64,000 bases of DNA from positions 62,001 to 126,000 of IMG/VR virus record IMGVR_UViG_3300037882_003354. One strand, written 5' to 3'. The position numbers and the translations under genes are program-made. Numbering within the stretch: position 1 is the first letter of the stretch; each line of letters starts with the position of its first letter. Of the stretch, positions 37,575 through 47,363 are shown piece by piece. The notes beneath the pieces are model-generated. The model saw only the letters and a list, made by a program, of their open reading frames with translations, had not been told where the DNA came from and did no database searches.

Positions 37575-39017
37575 TTAAAAACTCTCTGAAATTAAGGGTG
37601 CAGTGGCTGCGTAGGGGCGGTACAGTGGGTCACCATGAGCTGAAATGACTCCACCATTGGTGGCTGCTAGCGATGTTAGTCCAGTGTTGGTGGCGTTAAA
37701 TGTGCCCTTGTACACTGCTTCGGCACCGCACATGCCGCGTAATAAATTTACCAGTATGACATCAGCATCGGCCAGATTTTGCGCACCTGGCTCGCCTGCT
37801 ACGCCTATGCCCAATGAGCCGCCGTTGCGCAGGCAAAACTCAGCTGGCCAACCGGCTCCTGATCCCCAACTGTAGATCCAGCCGCCGGGTTCAAAACCCA
37901 GACGGTCTTGATACTCTGTGGTGGCCCTGATGGAGTTGCCGTCACCAGTAAACATGCCCGGTATAAAAGTATACAGCCTAGGACAACTGGCCGCAAACAC
38001 TGTGACTTTTTCACCATCTAGACCTTGGATGGAGAAATCTCCCTGAGTTCCCACATATGGTTTGACTGAAGGTGTACCATGCCAGGCTGATTTTGCAGCC
38101 CATCGATTGTCTTCATCAGTACCAATGCCTGCCAATACATTACGACTATTGGGATCAGCGGGATTACTCAAAGTACCATCGTCCAGCACGTAATAGGTGT
38201 TCAATCCAAAATCTCGGGCTGCTAGGTTGGCAGCAACTGACAACCAAACTCCGCCTCCCCAGATGTATGCCGAACCACCTATAACATGCGGTTTTGTTTT
38301 ATTATTTTCCTTCTCGACCTGAATGGCATTATTCACAATAGTCTGCACTTCTGACAGACTGGAGAACAAGATGCCCAACCTGGTGCTTTGAGCCCAGCCC
38401 ACTCTGCCCCAGGCTGGCAGATCAGCTGACAGGGCCTTGTTGGTCAACGGTGCTGGAGCCGCACGTCTGGTGGCGCCTGAAGTGTTCCCGGTAGTGGTCA
38501 ATCCTCCAATGATATTAGTCAGTCTTCTGGTATAGGTGCCGCCAATGGCGCTATAGTTATTGGCAAATATGCGAGCAGAAGATGCAAACATGAGTTCAGA
38601 CCAATATGTGGAAAAATAAGGCACAATTACATTCGTAATTATGCTGGTGACCCCGGGCAGTGAGAACACTGCCTCAATTTTATTTTCTAAAATTATTTCT
38701 TTTAGTGCTTGAATTAACTCCAGCCCCACCTTGCCACTGGATATTTTTGGTGAAACTGCCGTGCACAGAGTGGGCGACGTCTGACTGTTGACCACTTGAT
38801 GACTGCTGGTGGTCAGTGACATGAGAGCCACTGCCTCTTTGGTGGTCAAACTTTTGGTACAATCACCAAAGTCAAAACTAACCCAGTAGTAATCTGTGGG
38901 GTCCAAGTCAGTCAAACCTCGCGCAGTGGCATACCAGTCGGAGGTCTGCTGAGACAGTTCAGCAAAGGCTGCATTGCTGTTTCTGATCAACAACACTTTT
39001 TTATGATTAATAGCCAT
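37575..39017 (-). CDS. TIGR03790-like protein
   Basis: Start moved to 39017. N-terminal VLLIRNSN...S...WYA.ARGL and C-terminal G..GEP...LLRG...AEA.Y...HGDPLYRPY resemble that family from memory; not search-verified. Confidence 0.5.
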   Translation of the reverse strand: MAINHKKVLLIRNSNAAFAELSQQTSDWYATARGLTDLDPTDYYWVSFDFGDCTKSLTTKEAVALMSLTTSSHQVVNSQTSPTLCTAVSPKISSGKVGLELIQALKEIILENKIEAVFSLPGVTSIITNVIVPYFSTYWSELMFASSARIFANNYSAIGGTYTRRLTNIIGGLTTTGNTSGATRRAAPAPLTNKALSADLPAWGRVGWAQSTRLGILFSSLSEVQTIVNNAIQVEKENNKTKPHVIGGSAYIWGGGVWLSVAANLAARDFGLNTYYVLDDGTLSNPADPNSRNVLAGIGTDEDNRWAAKSAWHGTPSVKPYVGTQGDFSIQGLDGEKVTVFAASCPRLYTFIPGMFTGDGNSIRATTEYQDRLGFEPGGWIYSWGSGAGWPAEFCLRNGGSLGIGVAGEPGAQNLADADVILVNLLRGMCGAEAVYKGTFNATNTGLTSLAATNGGVISAHGDPLYRPYAATAPLISESF

Positions 39018-40767
39018 CGTCTGTGATTCCGGAAACTCCAATTGCCCACTTACTTATGGACAACCATTCTCCCACTGAATTAAGGTTGATGTTGTAATGG
39101 AATGTGGCTGTGGTAAATGCCCGTGCGATGGTGGTGGTGGTGGTCACCACATTGTCTCCCCTGGTGGGAGTGAACACACATGTGATGTTATTAGGATTGC
39201 TGGTGGGAGGATCGTATGTGGGGCGCTCCGGCGGTGTAATATAAGTACCAGCAGCACTCAAAAAGTGAATGGTGCTGGTGGATCCACTGACCATCTGATG
39301 GGGATATACTGACGTGCTGGTGTTCCAGGCTGTTGTTGAGGTGGTGCCATCTGGGAATGTGAGTGCACCATCTGCACCAAATTCCCAAATGTTTGCTGCG
39401 ACTGGTCCTGTGATTTCACCTGTTAATATTTGTACGGTGCCAGTACTCGATGAAAACATACTATTCAGTATCACGGCCGCCACAGTGCTGGTTGATGTTG
39501 TGATGTCAATCCATTGCAGGGCAACGGCTCCGCCCACACCTTGACCCACCATTGCCACAGTTGTATCTGTAGCGGCTACAATAGCAGAGCCACCTCCCGA
39601 GTCGCTTATTTGTAAATTACCACCGGGGAATGTTAAGATACCATCTGCACCCAGTACCATGCTATAACTGCCAGTGGTCAATCTATCAGATGACGATGCA
39701 CCGCCACTGACAAACGCAGTTCCGTTCAAGGTGACCACACCGGTGGAACTGACAGCAAATGTCCAGGTGCCGTTTGCCAACTGACTTGTACTGCCAGTCC
39801 AGGCTGTGGACTGCATGGTGTCATCAGGGAATATCAATACACCATCTGCGCCAAATTGCCAGGAAGATGTGTTGTTGTTGATGATCACAGCCTCAGTGCC
39901 AGTGGTGTTGGTCTGACTGATGGTTGTTCCGCTGATGCTCAACTCATCCAGGTATGTACTGGGCTGTGGGATCACAGTGGGACTCAGATCCACCCAGACA
40001 TCTTGGTATTTGATGTAGGCGCGACCTTCCACTGAGTTGAACCATAATTGTCCGTTGGGGCTGGAGACAGGTGCTGTGGCGGTGGATGTCACATAGACCA
40101 GGGAGTTGCCGTTGCCGTCAACGATGTCTGCACCAACGTTTTGAACCAGTCCATATGGTCCTGAGCCTGCTCTGCCAATGCGTAATATTCCACTGGGATC
40201 AAAGTACCATACATTTATGTTGGTGCCAGTGCTATCACTGTTGGTGGATTCATTAACGATGTACGTTCCACTTGAATCCACGCCCACGTATGCATCCAAG
40301 GTCTCATGGGCATCGCCAGTTATGTTGTTATTATGCCATGCCAGTTCTGAGTTTACGTAACTGGCAACTGCAATACTGCTGGTGCCAGCATCAATGGTAT
40401 TGTTGGGAAAATTGAGAGTGCCGTCGTCGTCGAGCTCAACAATATACGCACCGTTGATCAACTGTGATGGATTAAAGTATGTCCATGTTAGCACTGTGCC
40501 AGTGGTGGGCCAGGTCAGCGTCTGTCCTGCAGTGCCTGTCGAATTTACCAGGGTGAATGATGGCAATTCAAAGTTGCCATCAACGTCGAGCTGGGCGATA
40601 TTACTGTTATTGACCAATGCACTGGTGCCTGGTGCCAAATTTCGGCTGCGGCCCACCCATTTGACACCGTCATATATGTAGGTGACACCGTTGTCACCTA
40701 CATACTGATCTCCCGATTGCAAGGGATCGCCATTGAGTCTGGTCTTGGGAAAAATTAATGCTGCCAT
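39007..40767 (-). CDS. tail fibre protein
   Basis: 586 aa; FP..G.QY..DNG.TY.YDG.KW anchor, GQLWFNS..GR.Y..Y..WVD.SP joint, W.FGADG.L.FPD repeats; AATAAATA 40790-40797. Confidence 0.75.
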   Translation of the reverse strand: MAALIFPKTRLNGDPLQSGDQYVGDNGVTYIYDGVKWVGRSRNLAPGTSALVNNSNIAQLDVDGNFELPSFTLVNSTGTAGQTLTWPTTGTVLTWTYFNPSQLINGAYIVELDDDGTLNFPNNTIDAGTSSIAVASYVNSELAWHNNNITGDAHETLDAYVGVDSSGTYIVNESTNSDSTGTNINVWYFDPSGILRIGRAGSGPYGLVQNVGADIVDGNGNSLVYVTSTATAPVSSPNGQLWFNSVEGRAYIKYQDVWVDLSPTVIPQPSTYLDELSISGTTISQTNTTGTEAVIINNNTSSWQFGADGVLIFPDDTMQSTAWTGSTSQLANGTWTFAVSSTGVVTLNGTAFVSGGASSSDRLTTGSYSMVLGADGILTFPGGNLQISDSGGGSAIVAATDTTVAMVGQGVGGAVALQWIDITTSTSTVAAVILNSMFSSSTGTVQILTGEITGPVAANIWEFGADGALTFPDGTTSTTAWNTSTSVYPHQMVSGSTSTIHFLSAAGTYITPPERPTYDPPTSNPNNITCVFTPTRGDNVVTTTTTIARAFTTATFHYNINLNSVGEWLSISKWAIGVSGITDDGY

Positions 40768-40800
40768 TGTTTATATCCAGTTATTTTCATATTTATTGTG

Positions 40801-42405
40801 TTAGCCCACATAGGTCGCGCCCCAACTGTCATTGGCGTCAAAGTCGATCAATCCTGCCACCACATTGGCTTGCAGGGTGTCTCCCACTGACATCATGACA
40901 TGGCTGCTGACCCCCATGTGTCCCACTGTGCTGGTGCTGGACACCTCCCAGAAGCAAACATTAGTGCTGCTGTTCTTGACCACTGCAGCCTGACTGAGCA
41001 CGTTGTTGCTGGTGCTGGTTTTAGCATTGAAGAACACGCTGTATATGCCTGCCTGTGGTGCTGTGAATATGCCAGTACTGGTATTAAGATGATCGCCTTG
41101 GTTGTAGTCTACTACAAAGTGGACATTGGTCAGTGTGCCTGGTGTGATGTCAGTGGCAGATGCACCACCACCGTTGACCCTAAATGCCGGCACCACTGGA
41201 GTTATGGGGCTGCCACCCGCGGGGCTGGCGTCAACCCAGGTGTCATCAAAGTATACATAAAGTCGCCCCACGCCCGAGTCATACCAGAATGTTCCGGTGC
41301 TGGCTGAGCCTGGCGGAGTCACATCAGTGGTGGCTCCACCATTCATAATGTTGCCATCAATGGTTAGACTGCCAGATGTGGTGATGGTCATCACATGATT
41401 GTTGATGTCTAATTGGTCTACATATATACTGCCCAGTACTGTGAGATCGGCTGGCAATTCCAGCGTGCCAGTGGAGCTCAGAGTTGCAGTATATATGCCG
41501 TTGACCAAACTTGAGGGATTGGAACTGATGACCCCAGCAGTGTCCACAGTAATGGTGATCCCATCCACAATGACGCCGCCCAATGTACTGGTGGTTGCTG
41601 GCAGTAGGTCCAGTTGCGGACTGGCATCCACCCAACTACCATCGTATTCTATGTACATGCGTCCGTCTACAGTGTCATACCACAATGAACCCATGATGGC
41701 ATCGACTGGTGCAGTATCAGAAACTTTAATGCTGCCACTTATGGGAATACCGTTGGCATATGCTGTGCCTGATGATGTGATATAGAAGGGCAATCCATCC
41801 AGATAAAAATCTTTCAGTATGTCCACACTACCGTCAATACTGTCAATGAACACACTGGGGGCGTGTGTGGCCGAGGTGTCATAGTAACGGTTTTGATTGG
41901 CCCAGAGATAGATGTCACTATATCGGCCGATGTTCAGGTTGCCAGCTGGCGAATCTGAATATATGTAATTTTCGTCAGCACGGTCCAACGTGGAGGAACT
42001 GCCTCCATTTTTGTGTTTAATTATAAAACTGCTGTATGTCAGGGGATCAGTCAACTTGAGTGCCGAGTTGCCGCGATCGTAATTATTGAACAATCGGAAA
42101 TCTAAATTTCTTGGAGTGGTGGTATTACTATAGATTCCAGCAGTGTCCACAGCTCTTAAAAATTCATCTACATATTCACCCACAAACAAGTTTTGCACAA
42201 TGGTGGCAGTATTACGCACCAAAATACTGTCAAATGTACTGGTTCCTAGGAACGATCCCACAGTCAAATTGTTTATGGTCAGGGTGTCTGTGCCCACACC
42301 CGACAACAATCCAAAGTTGCGATTTATTTTGTCAAACGCCAGCCTGATGCTGTCGCCATCGCCCTTGTTGGCACTGCTGCCGGTGTTTACATATAATATA
42401 GACAT
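40801..42405 (-). CDS. baseplate-anchored protein (T4 gp9/gp10-like N-terminus) with C-terminal C1q-like domain
   Basis: VNTGSSANKGDGDSIRLAFDKINRNF; two G..WYD...GR.Y..(Y/F)D..WVDASP joints; PAFRV..DYNQG...TGIFTAPQAGIYSVFF..GDTL..W.ATYVG. Confidence 0.75.
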   Translation of the reverse strand: MSILYVNTGSSANKGDGDSIRLAFDKINRNFGLLSGVGTDTLTINNLTVGSFLGTSTFDSILVRNTATIVQNLFVGEYVDEFLRAVDTAGIYSNTTTPRNLDFRLFNNYDRGNSALKLTDPLTYSSFIIKHKNGGSSSTLDRADENYIYSDSPAGNLNIGRYSDIYLWANQNRYYDTSATHAPSVFIDSIDGSVDILKDFYLDGLPFYITSSGTAYANGIPISGSIKVSDTAPVDAIMGSLWYDTVDGRMYIEYDGSWVDASPQLDLLPATTSTLGGVIVDGITITVDTAGVISSNPSSLVNGIYTATLSSTGTLELPADLTVLGSIYVDQLDINNHVMTITTSGSLTIDGNIMNGGATTDVTPPGSASTGTFWYDSGVGRLYVYFDDTWVDASPAGGSPITPVVPAFRVNGGGASATDITPGTLTNVHFVVDYNQGDHLNTSTGIFTAPQAGIYSVFFNAKTSTSNNVLSQAAVVKNSSTNVCFWEVSSTSTVGHMGVSSHVMMSVGDTLQANVVAGLIDFDANDSWGATYVG

Positions 42406-42480
42406 GTGTTATCCTCTTGGTGCGCTCATTACCCGTTGTGTATTTAGTTTTGTATTCTGTAATCTTAATGTAAATACCTG

Positions 42481-42768
42481 ATGCTATTAAAAACACGCAA
42501 GGTCACGACCACCCACACAAGAAACAGCAAGCTGGGCGTGAGTCATCATTACTCTAGAACCAAAACCATTGCTGTGATCGAATGCGACCATTGCAAAGCA
42601 GTGTTTGAGCGTGATCGAGGTCACATGGACCCCAGGCGATTGAGCAACGATTATTTTCATGTGTGCACTGCATGTAACCCCAAGCAATTTGCCCAGCGCA
42701 GAGCAGCAGATCGCAGACGATTGTGGGACATGCCAGTGGACAGCGATCTGGACATCAGCAGAATCTAA
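42481..42768 (+). CDS. Cys-pair (Zn-ribbon-like) hypothetical protein
   Basis: CDHC and CTAC pairs; TAAATA 4 nt before ATG. Confidence 0.75.
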   Translation: MLLKTRKVTTTHTRNSKLGVSHHYSRTKTIAVIECDHCKAVFERDRGHMDPRRLSNDYFHVCTACNPKQFAQRRAADRRRLWDMPVDSDLDISRI

Positions 42769-42837
42769 ACTTGCATCCCTGACTGATTTCAAGTATAATC
42801 AAGTGGTAACACTGATTTCAACTTAAATATCTATACC

Positions 42838-43350
42838 ATGAGCGCCGTACTAATATTAAATTCCGACGCATCACCCATCAGCCTGCTGCCCTTGAGTTTG
42901 ATCAGCTGGGAGGAAGCCATTCGGTACATGGTGACTGACAAAGCCACGGTGCTAGAATGGTATGATGACTGGATTGTGCGCAGTCAGAATTGGAGCACCC
43001 CAGTACCAGCTGTCATGATACTCAAACATTATCAGAAGAAGAAGACCACCATAAGATTCAGCAAGCAAAATATATTTTTGCGTGATGGGTACATTTGTCA
43101 ATATTGCGGTGTGGATGTCAACCGCAAGACTGCCACCCTGGATCACATACTACCCATCAGTCTGGGGGGCAAAAATTCATGGACCAACACCTGCTGTGCC
43201 TGTTCCCACTGCAATAGTAACAAGGGCAATGACCATCGCATTGTACCTCGAACCAAGCCCGGTGTGCCCACCTACTTCCAACTGGCGGAAAAAAGAAAAC
43301 GTCTGTGTTGGGACACCATCCATCCCAAGTGGAGATGCTACTTGGAATAA
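42838..43350 (+). CDS. HNH endonuclease
   Basis: RDGYICQYCG..TLDHILPISLGGKNSWTN..CACSHCNSNKG. Confidence 0.9.
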   Translation: MSAVLILNSDASPISLLPLSLISWEEAIRYMVTDKATVLEWYDDWIVRSQNWSTPVPAVMILKHYQKKKTTIRFSKQNIFLRDGYICQYCGVDVNRKTATLDHILPISLGGKNSWTNTCCACSHCNSNKGNDHRIVPRTKPGVPTYFQLAEKRKRLCWDTIHPKWRCYLE

Positions 43351-43380
43351 AAGAAAAGGACCTGCCGGTCCTTTTTCTTT
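43349..43380. terminator. bidirectional intrinsic terminator
   Basis: AAAGGACC-TGCC-GGTCCTTT flanked by A- and T-tracts between convergent HNH and infA genes. Confidence 0.85.
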
Positions 43381-43597
43381 ACTTCTCTCTGAATACAATC
43401 CTGCCGCGTGTAAGATCGTAGACTGATAGTTCTGTCTTGACCCGATCTCCCAGCAAGATTTGGATTTTGTTCTGGCGGATGCGACCGCTGATGTGTCCCA
43501 GTATCAAGGACCCATTCTCCAATCTGACCCTGAACATGGAATTGGGTAAAACTTCTTCCACCATGCCGCCTAATTCAATTACATCGTTTTTTGCCAC
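43379..43597 (-). CDS. infA: translation initiation factor IF-1
   Basis: [57 protein letters not shown] is near-canonical IF-1. Confidence 0.95.
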   Translation of the reverse strand: MAKNDVIELGGMVEEVLPNSMFRVRLENGSLILGHISGRIRQNKIQILLGDRVKTELSVYDLTRGRIVFREK

Positions 43598-43837
43598 TTA
43601 GATTGTATCTCCTTTTAGTGTGTTAATAACCATGCTCTTGGCTCTCTGGTCCAATTCAGCATGTTCAGTATGTATCATGATACAGGCCATGACACGTAGA
43701 TATTCGGTCAGAGCCAGCATGCCCGAATCAGTCCACCTGCTGTAGTCTGATCCCACGGATTTATAGAAGTATCGTTCGTCCTGTGCTATTTCCAGCACAC
43801 CACCATACAACAAATCCTTGGCTGCTCGTCGGTCCAT
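43598..43837 (-). CDS. hypothetical protein
   Basis: Start moved to 43837, immediately after upstream stop. Confidence 0.65.
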   Translation of the reverse strand: MDRRAAKDLLYGGVLEIAQDERYFYKSVGSDYSRWTDSGMLALTEYLRVMACIMIHTEHAELDQRAKSMVINTLKGDTI

Positions 43838-43838
43838 G

Positions 43839-44276
43839 TCATGCCTCTTGATGACTGCGAGCCCGTGCACGTTGAACACGTTGCTGAATTCGCTCCATGG
43901 CCAGCACCGCAGGTAACAACAGGGTGGCTGCAGGATGTTCGCTCAGTTCCTTCCATATGCGCAGACGTTCGCTGGACATGCTGAGGAATTGACCTGCATC
44001 ATCATAAGCAGCCAAGGCTAATGCGGCGTCCTCCACTACCGTGGGAGTTGTCCAGAGCAGATGAGTGTCAACTATGTAGCCAGCACGACTTCTTGCAGCC
44101 AGCCAGGCCCTGGTGCGTTCACTGGCCCAGTGCATGGGCCATACTGCATCAAATGCATCTCTCCATATCATGGGATAGGTATAAAACGAATACATCACTG
44201 CTTCAATACTAGCGGCATTTGGCAGCCGCTGTTCCCTAATGGAGTCACGTATGTGTTCTATGTCTTGTTGATTCAC
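43839..44276 (-). CDS. hypothetical protein
   Basis: 145 aa ORF in operon. Confidence 0.65.
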   Translation of the reverse strand: MNQQDIEHIRDSIREQRLPNAASIEAVMYSFYTYPMIWRDAFDAVWPMHWASERTRAWLAARSRAGYIVDTHLLWTTPTVVEDAALALAAYDDAGQFLSMSSERLRIWKELSEHPAATLLLPAVLAMERIQQRVQRARARSHQEA

Positions 44277-44282
44277 AACTTC

Positions 44283-45047
44283 TCACCTAAATACAACATT
44301 TACATTATATCCCATTTTTTTAGTGGCTTCAAGTTTAGCCATATTCTTTTCTTTATACTTTGCCCAGGTATATTTGGATTTTACTTCAATAATTAAATTT
44401 AACTTAGGGATATAGATGTCAGGATAATATCTATGATTATTCCCATTGAAAAAATAAGGTATGTGTGGGACGTTACCTTGCCCAGTGATTATATCGTCTT
44501 CAGTTAAACCAGATTTTAATAAATCTAATATTACTTTATTTTCAAATCCCTGATAACGGCGTGTATCACCGCTGGGCATCACCATTGTCTTGGTAAGATA
44601 ATCGTTCTGTGAGTTCTTTAGTAATACTTTTTCAAGTATATCTGTATTCTTTGTTGGGTTATCTACACCGTATTTTTCCATCCAAGTGGCTTTTCGGCGA
44701 TTTTTAAATTCGTCTGTGCTATTGTAACTCTCAACTCCATACTTTTCTAACATAGTTTCTTTTCGCTTGCGACCCACTTCAGGCCAAGCATCTTTAATCT
44801 TATCTTTGTTTATTTGTGCTTTAGAAGGATTATCCACTCCATAATTCTTCATCCAGGTTTCTTTCTTTTTATTCAAAACATCTGCTATCTGGCTTACATT
44901 AGTCACACCGTAAGTATCCATTAAAAATTGTTTTTTCTTTGCCTGAACGCCTGGACAACTATTTGGACTTACTGCACACCCCCATTTTCCGCTTTTAAAC
45001 AACTTTATTGCAGATTTCCCACATCCATAATCGCATATATGTTCCAT
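44283..45047 (-). mobile_element. free-standing homing-type endonuclease (PD-(D/E)XK) with KYGVxN repeats
   Basis: Start moved to MEHIC at 45047 (GGAG SD, own CATAAATA 45065-45072); four (K/T)YGV(D/E/T)N repeats; YYPDIYIPKLNLIIEVKS; AT-rich island. Confidence 0.7.
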
Positions 45048-45093
45048 AGTATTACTCCTACATATATTTATGCTTATGAGGGTATTATGATGG

Positions 45094-46407
45094 TTATAGT
45101 TTGTCGCCGGCGGAAAATCCCCTAAACCGCTCAAATCGTGGAAACCTTAAACTATATACAGATTCAGAATCTTGACTCTGCGTAATACAATCTGCCTTAA
45201 CCTCAATCACTTGTCCAATAACATTTTCCCGATCGCTCCAGATTTCATCTCGTTGTTCATCAGTGAGACCAGATCCTACGTTTACCCGGATAAATTTATC
45301 TTGATCAATACCTTCACAAATTAAAGCACCTAACTTGCCTGCATTTTTCCCAGTACCTTCTTCTAAATTAATGATAGTTAAGTCAACAGTAAGCACTGGT
45401 TTAACCTTTAACCAGGATACGCTGCGTTTAAACGAATATGATGCTGATGGATCTTTAATTAGAATGCCTTCAAATCCTGACTGAATGGCATCCAGATTGA
45501 ATTGCCGGAATTCCAGTTCACCCACACATGTGCCCAGATCCACTTCCTGTTGCGGCACCATGTCCATGTGACCCACCGCTTCAAAGATGGGCAGCATGTT
45601 CCGGAGTGCCTGACTGCGGCGTGCTTGTGATTGTGAACTGAATCCGCGCTGGAATTCCGGCAGTGGCAACAGGTCGAACAACATGAGACGAGCATCGTCA
45701 CTCTTGACGTTACTCTTGCGGTGTACTTGTTTCATCAAGGCCTGGAAACTACTGGACACCATCTCACCATCCAGTACCACGCTGGACTTGAACAAGTCCA
45801 TGTTGGCTTCAATGGCTTCGGTGATGTGCGGAAAGTTTTCCAGGATCTTGCCGTTACGGCTATACATGGTGGCGGTTCGGTTGTCCACGTTGACCACTGT
45901 GATGACGCGCACACCATCCAGTTTGATCTCCAACAACTTTTTACCCGCAATCTTCTTTTCATGGTTAGCACCGTCGTGGGCCAGCATGCACTCAAATAGT
46001 GGCACAGCATAGTCGGCCCGTCCTGCCAGTTTGACCATCTTGTTCACAGTGGTCTCACTGAAGCCGGCTCGCATGTCCTTGATCAGTATGCGACGATACC
46101 AGCCGTTCCATTGTGCCGCGGTGCTGGCCGACAGTGCCAGTTCGATGGCATCACGGGCATCATGTCCCGTGAATTCTCGTTGTGACAATGCACGGGCCAG
46201 TTCGGCAAATGCCACCCAGGGCAATCCCTGTCCATCTGGACCAGTGAACGTGGGCACCTTCTTGACACCGAATGTGATCATGGGATCGAAGCAAAGTCGT
46301 AGACCCTGAAAGAATTCAGTGTTACCTGCCTCGGCTTCACGACGTACAATGGCCTCTTTGAACAGACGACTGTTGTCAGATTCAAGTTCTTGGATAATTT
46401 CATGCAT
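45094..46407 (-). CDS. lig: ATP-dependent DNA ligase
   Basis: EIKLDGVR (KxDG), LDGEM, FDLL, EGILIK, WLKVK, LRFPRF motifs. Confidence 0.95.
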   Translation of the reverse strand: MHEIIQELESDNSRLFKEAIVRREAEAGNTEFFQGLRLCFDPMITFGVKKVPTFTGPDGQGLPWVAFAELARALSQREFTGHDARDAIELALSASTAAQWNGWYRRILIKDMRAGFSETTVNKMVKLAGRADYAVPLFECMLAHDGANHEKKIAGKKLLEIKLDGVRVITVVNVDNRTATMYSRNGKILENFPHITEAIEANMDLFKSSVVLDGEMVSSSFQALMKQVHRKSNVKSDDARLMLFDLLPLPEFQRGFSSQSQARRSQALRNMLPIFEAVGHMDMVPQQEVDLGTCVGELEFRQFNLDAIQSGFEGILIKDPSASYSFKRSVSWLKVKPVLTVDLTIINLEEGTGKNAGKLGALICEGIDQDKFIRVNVGSGLTDEQRDEIWSDRENVIGQVIEVKADCITQSQDSESVYSLRFPRFERFRGFSAGDKL

Positions 46408-46438
46408 GATATATCAGCAGTTGATTGAACATACGCAT

Positions 46439-46467
46439 AGTATACAACACATTCATCAGATTGTCAA
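46439..46467 (-). promoter_or_regulatory. sigma70 promoter of ligase
   Basis: TTGACA-17-TATACT. Confidence 0.75.
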
Positions 46468-46785
46468 TCACTTGAACAGAATGAACCCCATGAGCATGGT
46501 CTGTGCAAAGAATCCCACACAGATGGTGGCAATGTACAGCACATTTCTTTCGATCAGGGCCTTGAACAGAATGGTGATCAGGGCACTCCACACGAAGATC
46601 ATGAGATCCACCGGCGGCAATCGATCACTCTGTCCAGTCAGCACAGCCAACAGCGTGGGCAGACTGGCAAAGTGCAGCAGCACGATGGCCACCCAGCCCA
46701 GCGTGTGTGCACTGATCTTGCCCAGATGATCACGGAAAAAGGCGCACACTGTGCTGGGAATATTTTGAATGGTTTGCAGTTTCAT
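46468..46785 (-). CDS. small multi-pass membrane protein
   Basis: 105 aa with three hydrophobic segments. Confidence 0.75.
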   Translation of the reverse strand: MKLQTIQNIPSTVCAFFRDHLGKISAHTLGWVAIVLLHFASLPTLLAVLTGQSDRLPPVDLMIFVWSALITILFKALIERNVLYIATICVGFFAQTMLMGFILFK

Positions 46786-46793
46786 TTGAGTCC

Positions 46794-47363
46794 TTATTTG
46801 TAAAAAATGTGATGGCCAATGTGTGCCACTCGCTGTCGTTTCCAGCCTGGGCTGATATAGTCTCCGTGGAAATACTTGGCATCCTTCAGGCTGGGCAGGG
46901 TGAATCCCTCCAACAGCACCTTCTTGGCAGCAATCATGCTCTCGTCATAACTGGCCTGATTGACAGGTCTGAACATGACCTCCCTGTCGCAGAACCAGCT
47001 GAACTGACAGATGACTTTGTCATATACCACGTTCTTCTGATAGATCACGCGACAGACATCTCCGGGAAATTCGCCGCTGTTCACACGGTTCATTACCACT
47101 TGTGCCACGGCCACCTTGCCTTCAAATGGTTCCCCGCCGGCTTCATAATACACATTCTTGGCCAGACATGCCAGCTCACGTTCCCTGACTGCGGCGGTCA
47201 CTTCTGATGTTTCCACCACTTGGATTTTGGACATCTTATCTGTGACAGCCCAGTCCAGCAGAGCGGCTGCCGCCATTAGACCCACGGCCATGAGCAGGAC
47301 ATTGATCATCCTGATGAAAAATACAGATACTTGTATGGGCTGATCTATTACATCTTCAGTCAT
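46794..47363 (-). CDS. SleB-like cell wall hydrolase (Hydrolase_2) with N-terminal TM anchor
   Basis: CLAKNVYYEAGGEPFEGKVAVAQVVMNR, CQFSW, YFH, IGHHIFY. Confidence 0.9.
   Translation of the reverse strand: MTEDVIDQPIQVSVFFIRMINVLLMAVGLMAAAALLDWAVTDKMSKIQVVETSEVTAAVRERELACLAKNVYYEAGGEPFEGKVAVAQVVMNRVNSGEFPGDVCRVIYQKNVVYDKVICQFSWFCDREVMFRPVNQASYDESMIAAKKVLLEGFTLPSLKDAKYFHGDYISPGWKRQRVAHIGHHIFYK

Noticed and set aside
45048-45134. N-terminal extension of the endonuclease overlapping the ligase end
   Set aside because: Own late promoter and SD point to the ATG at 45047.
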